Shown here: piece by piece, positions 55,422 through 64,000 of the stretch
How the letters are laid out: every line of letters begins with the position of its first letter
Numbering within the stretch: position 1 is the stretch's first letter
Source of the DNA: a virus
Virus record (IMG/VR): IMGVR_UViG_3300034524_000090
Span: 55,805-119,804 of that record
Length of the DNA stretch: 64,000 nucleotides
Direction: 5' to 3' (one strand)
Notes under the pieces: model-generated
Seen by the model: only the letters and a program-made list of their open reading frames with translations
The model's database searches: none
Told to the model about the DNA's origin: nothing
Translations under genes and position numbers: made by a program

Positions 55422-55436
55422 AAATTTATTTAGTTT

Positions 55437-55625
55437 TTATACTTTTTCTACTGGCAAATCCCAATGTATCCAATCCAATAACTTATCCCCTATAACCTTA
55501 TTGCGTTCATAATCAACCTGTGTAATTTCAATTATTGTATCTTTAGGTATAATTCCTGTCGAAATTGAATTTCTTGTTTTAATATCTTCTAGTAATCTAT
55601 ACTGTCCTTTTTGAGTAATAATCAA
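55437..55625 (-). CDS. Hypothetical protein
   Basis: AGGAGG RBS before TTG. Confidence 0.55.
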   Translation of the reverse strand: MIITQKGQYRLLEDIKTRNSISTGIIPKDTIIEITQVDYERNKVIGDKLLDWIHWDLPVEKV

Positions 55626-55662
55626 GATTTATTCTACCTCCTTATTAATAAATTATATAGTT

Positions 55663-55986
55663 TTATATCTTATCGTCAAGTAGTAAATCTAATTCCCATT
55701 TATACTGAATTGTTTCTTTACTACTGCATTCTAATGCTAATTCTCTTAGCCAGGGCATTTCTTTTTTTACTTTTTCTTTTGTATAACCCCCAAGATAGAT
55801 TAAATTATCTCTTTGTGCGCCCAAAAATCTGTTTAAAGGCAACAAATGCAGGTCAATATACTCTCTATAATCTTCTTCGCTGAATAGCTCTACCTCTTCT
55901 AACAGCTTTTTAAATTGTTCTTTATAAGGCGATTGTTCTACGATATTTAAATCAAAAACCATTGTTTCAGGCAGATATTGATCCAT
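55663..55986 (-). CDS. Hypothetical protein
   Basis: Co-oriented ORF. Confidence 0.6.
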   Translation of the reverse strand: MDQYLPETMVFDLNIVEQSPYKEQFKKLLEEVELFSEEDYREYIDLHLLPLNRFLGAQRDNLIYLGGYTKEKVKKEMPWLRELALECSSKETIQYKWELDLLLDDKI

Positions 55987-55997
55987 TTTTGATCACC

Positions 55998-56357
55998 TTA
56001 ATTAAAATGTAAAGCCCTTAAAATTAATCGGAAAGCATAATAATCAGGATTAACTAATGCCCGTATAGAATCCCCCATTAAAACGGGAAATACTAATATG
56101 AAAACTAATATTGATATAACTACTAATGCTATACCCCCCAAATCTAAATCATCATTATTATCTTCCTTGGCTCTTTTTCTTAAATATTTACCATACCTGA
56201 TACCTAAAGTACAAAGTATAAAAACTACAATACTTTCAATTAAGCCCAATATCCCATCTATATATGCCTGTTTAATCATAGCTCCCCATAGATAAGTAAT
56301 TGTAACTCCTAATTTATCAGCCAAATTCTGCAAAACCTGCATAATTTGATTTTCCAT
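55998..56357 (-). CDS. Two-TM phage membrane protein
   Basis: LADKLGVT..LW..KQAY, two TMs, NPDYYA. Confidence 0.7.
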   Translation of the reverse strand: MENQIMQVLQNLADKLGVTITYLWGAMIKQAYIDGILGLIESIVVFILCTLGIRYGKYLRKRAKEDNNDDLDLGGIALVVISILVFILVFPVLMGDSIRALVNPDYYAFRLILRALHFN

Positions 56358-56389
56358 ATATAACCATCTCCTATTATTTAAATTTTAAG

Positions 56390-57001
56390 CTAAATTTTCC
56401 CCATTTCTTCAAGATGTCTTGATATTATTTCAAGATCATTGTCTGATATTGTAAAATGACAACTCTTACAATGCCAATATATTTCTTGCTCCTCTTCTTC
56501 ATAGATTTTTTCAAGTGCTTTTTGACAAAGTGGGCAAAATTTATTTTGTTCAACATATTCATTGATAATTTCTATATACCGTTTTAATAATTCCTCACGT
56601 TGTTTTGCAATTATTTCCTCGTCAAATCCATAAAACGTCATTTCCCATAAAGTATGGACTACAATTTCAGCCAAAGAAAACTGCTTTATTAAATCTCTAT
56701 CTATTTCAAAACCTGCCCATTCACTAAAAAGACTAAGTTCTAAAGCGTAAGTATCATTATCAAAAGGTTTTTGCCCATACACATCATAATATTCTTTTAT
56801 AACACCTTCTTCGTTCTCTTTTATAATATCTATTTTAATTATTGTTTGATCTTCATTTTTTGCTGGCTCGCATCGGCAAACAAATTCATACACTTTTTTA
56901 TAATCGTCTAAATCCTCTCCTATACCCACTCTATAAAATTTTAATAGTTCTTTTTTAACATCTTGCCAGGTTGTTGCCCTATAAACTTGTTGTAATATCA
57001 T
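56390..57001 (-). CDS. DUF6557-like protein, paralog of 60108-60524
   Basis: YALE..FSEWAG..LWEMTFYGFDE. Confidence 0.6.
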   Translation of the reverse strand: MILQQVYRATTWQDVKKELLKFYRVGIGEDLDDYKKVYEFVCRCEPAKNEDQTIIKIDIIKENEEGVIKEYYDVYGQKPFDNDTYALELSLFSEWAGFEIDRDLIKQFSLAEIVVHTLWEMTFYGFDEEIIAKQREELLKRYIEIINEYVEQNKFCPLCQKALEKIYEEEEQEIYWHCKSCHFTISDNDLEIISRHLEEMGKI

Positions 57002-57031
57002 TTTTATCGCCTCTTCTTAAAAATATTGTAA

Positions 57032-57262
57032 CTAATATCTAACATATATTTTATCAATCAATAATTCCAATAGTTTTTTAAGAAACGCTTTATCTGTATT
57101 TGTATCCATAGCTTCACTATTAGCTACTAAATTATTCCCTTCTTGCTTAATAATATATTGTCCGAAACCTATACCAGAATTCCATTCAATAATAACTGCT
57201 CCATCTAACAAGCTTATATCGGTTATTTCTAAATTAATTTTATTTATATCATGCTTCCTCAT
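57032..57262 (-). CDS. Hypothetical protein
   Basis: WNSGIGFGQ..SEAMD. Confidence 0.65.
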   Translation of the reverse strand: MRKHDINKINLEITDISLLDGAVIIEWNSGIGFGQYIIKQEGNNLVANSEAMDTNTDKAFLKKLLELLIDKIYVRY

Positions 57263-57336
57263 TTATACGTCTCCCTGATACTATTATAACCGTTTTTTTA
57301 TCGTTTTGCAAATAAATTTTTATCGTTTTTGTTAAT

Positions 57337-57795
57337 TTAATTTTTTTCCCATCTCCATTTATCATGTTTTTGTACTGGCGTTTTATCTATACGTGGTCTG
57401 CTTGGAGTGTTCCATGATCTTCCACGACAAATGCCTGTTAAATTAAATCCTGCCGCACGTAAACTTGCTCCTCCTTCTTCGGGCAAAGTATAAGTTATTA
57501 CTTTTTTATATCCTAAGATTTTTGCAATCCTACATGCTGTTCCTAATAGTTTAGAACACGCATTATAAGTACCATCAGTACATAATCTTGTAATCTCTAA
57601 TGTCCAACCATCATCTAACATTCGTGCTACTGGTCTACCTATAACAGCTACGCCAACTAGTTTATTACGCTGAATATCTTTTATACCTAATAAGAACTTA
57701 TAACCCTGAGGAGGTTGGTGATGACGATGATATTTTTTAATAAACTCACAGACAGTCTTAAAATCTACAGGAATTATTTCTAAGGTTTTACTCAT
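57337..57795 (-). CDS. XF1762-family / Mom-like GNAT-fold protein
   Basis: HRHH.PP.G, GVAVIGRPVARMLDDG.TLEITRLCTDGT.NACS, ITYTL..EGGASLRAAG. Confidence 0.75.
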   Translation of the reverse strand: MSKTLEIIPVDFKTVCEFIKKYHRHHQPPQGYKFLLGIKDIQRNKLVGVAVIGRPVARMLDDGWTLEITRLCTDGTYNACSKLLGTACRIAKILGYKKVITYTLPEEGGASLRAAGFNLTGICRGRSWNTPSRPRIDKTPVQKHDKWRWEKN

Positions 57796-57899
57796 AACTC
57801 AACCCCTTTTGACAACTTTTTCTTTAGAACGTTTTAGGTTATTCCATTTTATTATAGTTGTTTTTTCATTGTTTTGCAAGCGTTTTTTTATTGTTTTAT

Positions 57900-58187
57900 C
57901 TATATATGAGTTATCTCCCTTGGTAGCCAACCATCTAAACGTTCAACTAAAATAATTGGGCAATTATATCCCATACCTGCCATTTCCCTTGTGGCAACTT
58001 CAAAAACTATAACCCTGTTGTTAGAATACTGCCATTTATGTTGATAAACAATCTCAGGTTGCCCTATATATTTAATCACTATTTGTTTAACTAGCTTTAA
58101 ATCTTGATAAGTTGGGGCTTGTATTACTACCATTGAATCTGGTTCATCTATAAAACTTAGAGCTAATCTTACTTGATCTTCTCTCAT
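57900..58187 (-). CDS. Hypothetical protein
   Basis: Co-oriented, coupled ORF. Confidence 0.6.
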   Translation of the reverse strand: MREDQVRLALSFIDEPDSMVVIQAPTYQDLKLVKQIVIKYIGQPEIVYQHKWQYSNNRVIVFEVATREMAGMGYNCPIILVERLDGWLPREITHI

Positions 58188-58525
58188 TTTATATCACCTA
58201 TCACGCCTCTTTTTTCTATCCCATCGTAACGTATCCTATATTTACTTTCTTCAAGCATTTCTTTTAAGGCCCTCTCTAATATTCGCCTTTTTGTTTCTAG
58301 ACTATAACTATAATCTAAAACAGCGCAATATTGTCCCCAATTTTTCTCGCAATCACAATAACCAAAACAACCTATTTCTTGTATACAAACTCTTATAGAA
58401 TTATTATTATCTACAACATCTAAACATATTTGATAAGAAATTGGTATAGTATTATCTAATTCCCCTAAAATACTATCTACCATTTTTATCAAAGATGGGT
58501 TAGCAGGCAAAACAAAAACCTTCAT
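58184..58525 (-). CDS. Hypothetical protein
   Basis: Co-oriented ORF. Confidence 0.6.
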   Translation of the reverse strand: MKVFVLPANPSLIKMVDSILGELDNTIPISYQICLDVVDNNNSIRVCIQEIGCFGYCDCEKNWGQYCAVLDYSYSLETKRRILERALKEMLEESKYRIRYDGIEKRGVIGDIK

Positions 58526-58528
58526 AAT

Positions 58529-59209
58529 TTATTTGTTACACCTCTTCTCTTCAGGACATTTACCTAAATATTTACATTTGGGTACAAGAAAATCTTTTAA
58601 TTCAGGTAGATATACTTCTATACTTTTCTTCATTTTGTTTGCCAATTCCCTTATTTCCCATTGGGCCTTATTACATAATCTTTGATGCATAAAATTAATA
58701 AGGGCTTCCCATGTTAGAGCTAAAGTTAAACTAGTATGGCAGGCATTAGGTAAAATATATCTAGCATCTTCTACAGGTATTCCTTCTTCAATCATTTCTT
58801 TATAAAAATCCCATATAATCATACTTAAGATATAACAGTATTTATTTTTTAAATGACTATTATTTATTGTCGGCGGTATAATATAATTAATATTTTCTGT
58901 TACATAGCGTTGACTACGTTGATTTGGATAAAAACCTATGCTGTGGCGAACTAATTGATTAGCACATGCTCTACTTATTCCTTCGACATAAAATTTAAAC
59001 GTAAATCCCCGACTAGGAGAATTGTGACCTGAACGGATACAATGCCATCCAATTTTAGCTAGTTTCTCTACTTTTTCTTCATCATGTAATACATCTTTAA
59101 AAGAGTTATCTCGAAGATAATCATAGCTATCATAGCAAACAGCAGCCATATATCCTACATAGACTGGAAAATATTTTACTTCTTCAGGATTAAGAAGTTT
59201 AACAAGCAT
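58529..59209 (-). CDS. thyX: FAD-dependent thymidylate synthase
   Basis: SGH.SP, EGISRACANQLVRH....NQRSQRYV, EDARYILPNA, RLC..AQWEIR. Confidence 0.9.
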   Translation of the reverse strand: MLVKLLNPEEVKYFPVYVGYMAAVCYDSYDYLRDNSFKDVLHDEEKVEKLAKIGWHCIRSGHNSPSRGFTFKFYVEGISRACANQLVRHSIGFYPNQRSQRYVTENINYIIPPTINNSHLKNKYCYILSMIIWDFYKEMIEEGIPVEDARYILPNACHTSLTLALTWEALINFMHQRLCNKAQWEIRELANKMKKSIEVYLPELKDFLVPKCKYLGKCPEEKRCNK

Positions 59210-60107
59210 TATTCTCTCTCCCTCTAATTAATTTCTGAATTAATTCGTCCAGATAGTTTTTACATCTATTATAGTTATCTCTTGAATTTTGATAGGGCTT
59301 AATCTGTAACAATAACTCTTGTAGCTTCTTTAAATTAGTTACTATATCAGCTAAATTTGGGGCATAGTTTAACATCATTAAGTAATTTTGCATTGTATTT
59401 TCTATATAGTTTTTATCCTTTTCATACAATTTTTGTATGACATCTATATTATCTGTGACATCATAAATTGTATTTTTCAGATCTATAACTATATGTTTAT
59501 CTATATAAACATAAAAATCGCCACGACTAAGATTGTAATCATAGATTTTACATTCAGTACCAGGCGGTAATTGTGTTTTAATTTTATTAAAAACTTCGTT
59601 AACATAATCATGATAAAATTTTTGTCTCTTATACAAGACTTTTTGACAACAAACATCTTTACCTAAATGTCGCAGTGGAATCAAATAAGGATTATCTTCT
59701 ATGACTACTTTGGGTTTTATATCAACTGCAACATCACCTATTTTTTCATGTCTCTTCTCATAAAAAGGTACATATTGAAGTTTATATCTCTTATACTGAT
59801 ATTCTTCTTCAAGATCAGTAAAAAAATAATCCTTTTCTATGTCATCATAGACAGCGTTTTGAGTTAATCGTTCTATATTTGCATTATATTCTTCAACAGA
59901 AGTTTCCTGCCCATTTTCTACTGAAATATATTTTGTTATAACTGATATTATCTGCCATAGTTCCACAACAGGTTCTTCTTCTGTGGTAATAATTTCGTCT
60001 TGATTACAAAAAATTATTTGCCCATTGACTTTGTAATATTTATTCGTCCCTGTATAATTTAGTTTTAAAGTATACCCTTTTTCGTCCTTTACAGCCTCTA
60101 AAATCAT
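59199..60107 (-). CDS. Hypothetical protein
   Basis: 302-aa co-oriented ORF. Confidence 0.7.
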   Translation of the reverse strand: MILEAVKDEKGYTLKLNYTGTNKYYKVNGQIIFCNQDEIITTEEEPVVELWQIISVITKYISVENGQETSVEEYNANIERLTQNAVYDDIEKDYFFTDLEEEYQYKRYKLQYVPFYEKRHEKIGDVAVDIKPKVVIEDNPYLIPLRHLGKDVCCQKVLYKRQKFYHDYVNEVFNKIKTQLPPGTECKIYDYNLSRGDFYVYIDKHIVIDLKNTIYDVTDNIDVIQKLYEKDKNYIENTMQNYLMMLNYAPNLADIVTNLKKLQELLLQIKPYQNSRDNYNRCKNYLDELIQKLIRGRENNAC

Positions 60108-60524
60108 CTAGTCTTCTCCTTCCCAAAAAGAATCAGTAAAATTTTGAAGTGATTCTTGAAGATCAAGATCATAAACGATTTCTTTTAATATATATGCGGC
60201 CAATTTTTCTGGTTCCCATAACTGTAAAAGCTTATCAGATACATAGAACCCTGCCCATTCCTCAAAAAAAGCATATTGAGGTAGATATTTATTAGAATCA
60301 TTAGGTTTTTGTAATACAAAATTAAGATCTTCTTCATAAGCAGGCACAAGTATCCAGTTTTCTTTATTAAAAGGTTCAATTTTTATTATACTTTCATAAA
60401 CATCTTCTAAGTCTTGTAATGACAAATCTGTTATTGTTTCGGATTTAATTAGATTACAATATTCTTTTTCTATATTTCCCCAATCGCATTTCTTGAATAG
60501 CTCTTGTACTGTTATTTTTCCCAT
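60108..60524 (-). CDS. DUF6557-like protein, paralog of 56390-57001
   Basis: FFEEWAGF....LAAYILKEI. Confidence 0.6.
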   Translation of the reverse strand: MGKITVQELFKKCDWGNIEKEYCNLIKSETITDLSLQDLEDVYESIIKIEPFNKENWILVPAYEEDLNFVLQKPNDSNKYLPQYAFFEEWAGFYVSDKLLQLWEPEKLAAYILKEIVYDLDLQESLQNFTDSFWEGED

Positions 60525-60542
60525 AATCTTGTCTCCTTTTAA

Positions 60543-61079
60543 TTACCACGTTATTCCCCATAATTTAACAATTAATGCCGTTTTTATATATTCTATATTA
60601 GGAGTCTCTGTTTTATCTTCTTTTTTCTCTATAGTTACTAAAGTTCCCTGGCGTATTGGATCATTAATTTTATCCCAAATACCAATTTGCGATATTAATT
60701 CTTTCCCTATATCATATAAAGCCTTGTTAAAACAATATTTTTGTATATTTTCATCCTCATATTCTTGAGGAGATAAGAGATACTGGTTTATTAATCTTTT
60801 ATTTACGTAACATTTTACTGTCGGCATTATTGTCTCGGTTAAAGGATATTTAATAGTATCAAATAATTCTCCTGCCAATTTTTTTGTTTTATCTTCAAGA
60901 TAATTAATAGTATAATAGTCCTGCATAGTATAACAGCCTGCATATACTTTTTTGCGTAGTTCTTGTAATTCTGCCAATATGTCCTGTACAGTTAATTTTA
61001 AACCGCAATATTTATTTATAAGTTTTTCATAATCTTTTTGTGATATAATTTCATTCATCTTCTTCTTCTCCTTTTTCAT
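60543..61079 (-). CDS. Hypothetical protein
   Basis: Co-oriented ORF. Confidence 0.6.
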   Translation of the reverse strand: MKKEKKKMNEIISQKDYEKLINKYCGLKLTVQDILAELQELRKKVYAGCYTMQDYYTINYLEDKTKKLAGELFDTIKYPLTETIMPTVKCYVNKRLINQYLLSPQEYEDENIQKYCFNKALYDIGKELISQIGIWDKINDPIRQGTLVTIEKKEDKTETPNIEYIKTALIVKLWGITW

Positions 61080-61344
61080 TAATAAAATTTGTAGGCATCA
61101 TACCGCCACTAAGAAACAATAACATATAGGCATCAAAATCGAAACCTAACATATCGTAAATAAAATACCTAAAACTACCGCCTTCTCTGATTAAGTCACA
61201 AAGGCTTTTTATTATATACATAGTGGTAAACAATCTTATATTATAATCTAACTGGCCCCATATCTCTTGTGCTTTAATGTTCTGTTCGTTATGCCATCCA
61301 TTCTCGATAATATTTTGGATAAATTCATCAAGTTTATTATCCAA
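61051..61344 (-). CDS. Hypothetical protein
   Basis: GGSFRYFIYDMLGF motif. Confidence 0.6.
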   Translation of the reverse strand: MDNKLDEFIQNIIENGWHNEQNIKAQEIWGQLDYNIRLFTTMYIIKSLCDLIREGGSFRYFIYDMLGFDFDAYMLLFLSGGMMPTNFINEKGEEEDE

Positions 61345-61524
61345 TAAACATCACCCCTATAAAGTTTGTTATTTTTTTCTTTAAAATTTAATTGTTTTTG
61401 GTGTTTAATAGCCTGCTCTTTATCAAGAAAAATACTGCCATCGGTACATTGAAATCCTTTAACTTCTTTTATTTCTCCCATCCTATTTTGTCTCCTTTCA
61501 TTTTTAAAAATCTATGCCACTTCC

Positions 61525-62082
61525 TTAGTCTTGCTTTCTTTTTTTATTCTTAGAAGTTAATTCCTCCAATCGCCACCCAATCGAATAAATAAGTTTTTTG
61601 GCTATACCGTCTATCTCTGCCTGCATTGTTTGAGCTTCTTTTTCTAGGGCCTCAATTGTGGCACGCAATTTATTCTGTATGGCCTCTAAAGATTTAATTT
61701 TGGCCTGCAAAGTCTCGATTTCAATATCACTTATTTTGAGCTGTCGTTGTAATTCAGATATTTCATTCCGAATTTCTTTATCTCTATGTTCTTTAGTTTC
61801 TTTGGCTTTATTAAGCTCTCCTAGTAATTTATTAACTATTGTTTTATTAATTTCATCGCTAAAACCATAGTCTGCTTTTACTATTGTTATTACCACTTTA
61901 TCATCGTCGTTAACAACAAAAATTACATCATCTTTAAGGTAATAAACAATCTCTTTATTATCTTTTATTTCGCTCCATATCTTTTGGGCCTCATTCAAAT
62001 TATTAAGTATTTCTTGTTCGGCATTATCAACATTAGAAACTCTTTCCTGCCACCGTTGTACAGCATGACTTGTTACTTTCAA
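61525..62082 (-). CDS. Protein with N-terminal TxHAxxRxxER domain and long coiled coil
   Basis: VTSHAVQRWQERV; heptad-rich C half; GGAGG RBS. Confidence 0.7.
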   Translation of the reverse strand: MKVTSHAVQRWQERVSNVDNAEQEILNNLNEAQKIWSEIKDNKEIVYYLKDDVIFVVNDDDKVVITIVKADYGFSDEINKTIVNKLLGELNKAKETKEHRDKEIRNEISELQRQLKISDIEIETLQAKIKSLEAIQNKLRATIEALEKEAQTMQAEIDGIAKKLIYSIGWRLEELTSKNKKRKQD

Positions 62083-62105
62083 TATTTTACCTCCTCTCTA
62101 GAACT

Positions 62106-62176
62106 ATTTTATTGCTTTTTTGTTGTACTGTCAATAGGCAATTTGCCTTTACAATCTTTTTTAATAAAAGTATAAT
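62106..62176. promoter_or_regulatory. Back-to-back divergent sigmaA promoters
   Basis: Minus: TTGACA-17-TAAAAT (62134-62106); plus: TTTACA-17-TATAAT (62148-62176). Confidence 0.8.
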
Positions 62177-62194
62177 ATAGATGGGTGATTAGTA

Positions 62195-63466
62195 ATGGAC
62201 ATTACTAAAATAAAAAAATACCGCCTAAAAGCTGGAGCCTATGCGGTACTAAGAGAGCTACAAGATATAAAAACAGAAGATCTAATTTTTCAACTTTACT
62301 TGCCTGTTAAAGATGATGATACCAGAAAACTAATTACCTTCTTTGAAAAACAATTGATTCTAGCAAAAGTTGATCAGGAACGTTTTATGAAAACACGTTA
62401 TCAACAAATTCAAGAAAAAGTGCAATGGATTAAGAAAAACAATAAATACCGTTTATTTGCCGATTTTTCTATGTATGTGATGCGTAACCTTGATAAATGT
62501 CATAATGTCTTATGTGCTTATCAAGATATGTTAATGGATGTTTGGACTAATCTTTCCCCTTTTGAAACTTATTGGTATGGTTTAGATAAAAATGATAAAC
62601 CTCTTATTATGCCAAGCTTATATTGGGCTTATGATGCCGAACTATATGATTTATTAGAGCGACACAAAAAGGCTTCATTACAAGAAAAACTAATTATTGA
62701 ACAAAGAATGTTAGAATATGATCTTAAAACTAACCCCATTGCTATGAACGAAAGAAACATAACTAACATCATATATGCTATGATCGGTTTAATTAACGAA
62801 GAAAATCAGGATTTTATTTTTCCTGGGCAAAATTGGTTTAATCATTATGAAGTAGTTTACAATTTCCCACAAAAAATACATGATAATAATTATTATTTAG
62901 ATTTACTTGATCAAAGACATTATTTTTTAGACCCCGAAGGAGTAATTATACAATGTTTTAATACAGGCATATTTAAAGAGATTAGGTTTAAAGAAGAGTT
63001 TTTAGAAGATGGGATGCTAGTCTTGTTTAGGGTTACAAACGAAGAAGATAAACATACAATGGGTTTTATCGATCTGCGTGATAAATTTATTTATTGTATT
63101 GGAACATACGCCGAAGAAGCGCACCCCATCTTCGGCTCCTACAAAGAAAATTTTATTAACTTTATTCTTGAAGTCTATTGTCTTTTAACACATGATAACA
63201 AAATTACGCCGCTAAAATTTTTAAAAGAACCTAATACAACAACTGATGAGCCTGCTATTTATGTTTATACTAAAACCACTAAATCTGGCTCACAACGACA
63301 GGGTTATAAAAGCGGCCCCAGAAGTCTACATTATGTTAATGCTTTCCTAAGACGTGGAAACGCTTCCGAAATGGCTAAAGCTAATGCAAGATTATATGGT
63401 ATTATTGTGCCTCAAGGATATACTTTTGTTAGACCACACTGGAGAGGGCGTAAAAAAGAAACCTAG
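62195..63466 (+). CDS. Hypothetical 423-aa protein, lone plus-strand gene
   Basis: Own promoter; C-terminal HYV..FLR...FVRPHWRG motif. Confidence 0.75.
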   Translation: MDITKIKKYRLKAGAYAVLRELQDIKTEDLIFQLYLPVKDDDTRKLITFFEKQLILAKVDQERFMKTRYQQIQEKVQWIKKNNKYRLFADFSMYVMRNLDKCHNVLCAYQDMLMDVWTNLSPFETYWYGLDKNDKPLIMPSLYWAYDAELYDLLERHKKASLQEKLIIEQRMLEYDLKTNPIAMNERNITNIIYAMIGLINEENQDFIFPGQNWFNHYEVVYNFPQKIHDNNYYLDLLDQRHYFLDPEGVIIQCFNTGIFKEIRFKEEFLEDGMLVLFRVTNEEDKHTMGFIDLRDKFIYCIGTYAEEAHPIFGSYKENFINFILEVYCLLTHDNKITPLKFLKEPNTTTDEPAIYVYTKTTKSGSQRQGYKSGPRSLHYVNAFLRRGNASEMAKANARLYGIIVPQGYTFVRPHWRGRKKET

Positions 63467-63660
63467 ATTTTATTTATTTTTTCCTATATGGTTGCCATCT
63501 TTTAACCAGTTCATCTTCTTTAACTTCATACTCTATTTCTGAAAAAATCCGAAAACATCCCATACATCTCCATCGTCTAATTTCGTCACCAAAAAATACT
63601 TCATGCAAAGGTGTTTGACAATTAGGGCACAACATATCAATACCTCCTCTTTGATTTACT

Positions 63661-63699
63661 ACTAAGCCCTGGCAAACTACCAGGGCTTAGTTACTTTTT
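63661..63699 (+). terminator. Intrinsic terminator
   Basis: ACTAAGCCCTGG-N6-CCAGGGCTTAGT followed by T-tract. Confidence 0.7.
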
Positions 63700-64000
63700 T
63701 CTCTAAAACTGCAAAGAAAGTAGCTAAAAATTCATCTGGTTCCATCTTGAATAATTTCATACTAACAAAGCATATAACACAATATCCTGCAAAACCTCCA
63801 AGTAAAATTTCTATTAACTGCTTCATACTTTTCTCTCCTGCTTCAACACCCACAATATCGCTTTAACGGTTAGGATTTAACTTTAAATATGTTGCAACTT
63901 GCTAAATTATCTTCATCGCAAAATTCCCGAAGGATAAAATCAAGGAATTGATCATCTACATAACCAAACTCTTTAATCTCAATCTCTATATACTCATTAT

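Noticed and set aside
1-64000. Diversity-generating retroelement or retron
   Set aside because: No reverse transcriptase motifs and no template/variable repeat pair seen

Overview
The whole window looks like part of a large, AT-rich temperate phage genome of a spore-forming Firmicute (Clostridia-like host inferred from a sigmaF-type promoter, AbrB and a copper-amine-oxidase stalk domain). 1-14.3 kb (+) is a nucleotide/replication block: class II ribonucleotide reductase with two inteins, dUTPase, DNA methyltransferase, SAM decarboxylase, DnaE split by a group I intron carrying a LAGLIDADG endonuclease, an amidase and recombination nucleases. 15.2-19.6 kb (+) holds a ParM/ParR pair, pilin-like membrane proteins and a VirD4/HerA-like ATPase. 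A tyrosine integrase and an attP made of the 3' part of tRNA-Phe follow. 21-45.8 kb (-) is a long array of small early/host-takeover-type genes, including AcrIII-1 (DUF1874), RuvB-like, SNF2-like and GHKL proteins, punctuated by three families of intergenic motifs. 44.5-46.6 kb is largely non-coding and repeat-rich (candidate genome end or origin). 46.6-62 kb (-) encodes PAPS-reductase-like, NDT-like, radical SAM, paired FETNSS-motif proteins, a Mom/XF1762-like GNAT and ThyX. The most striking unexplained signal is a ~70-nt promoter-to-terminator RNA at ~5735-5807 with 21/22-nt antisense complementarity to the ribosome-binding site and start codon of an unannotated gene 40 kb away, the first gene of the early array. 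All family assignments come from motif recognition by eye; no database searches were run.
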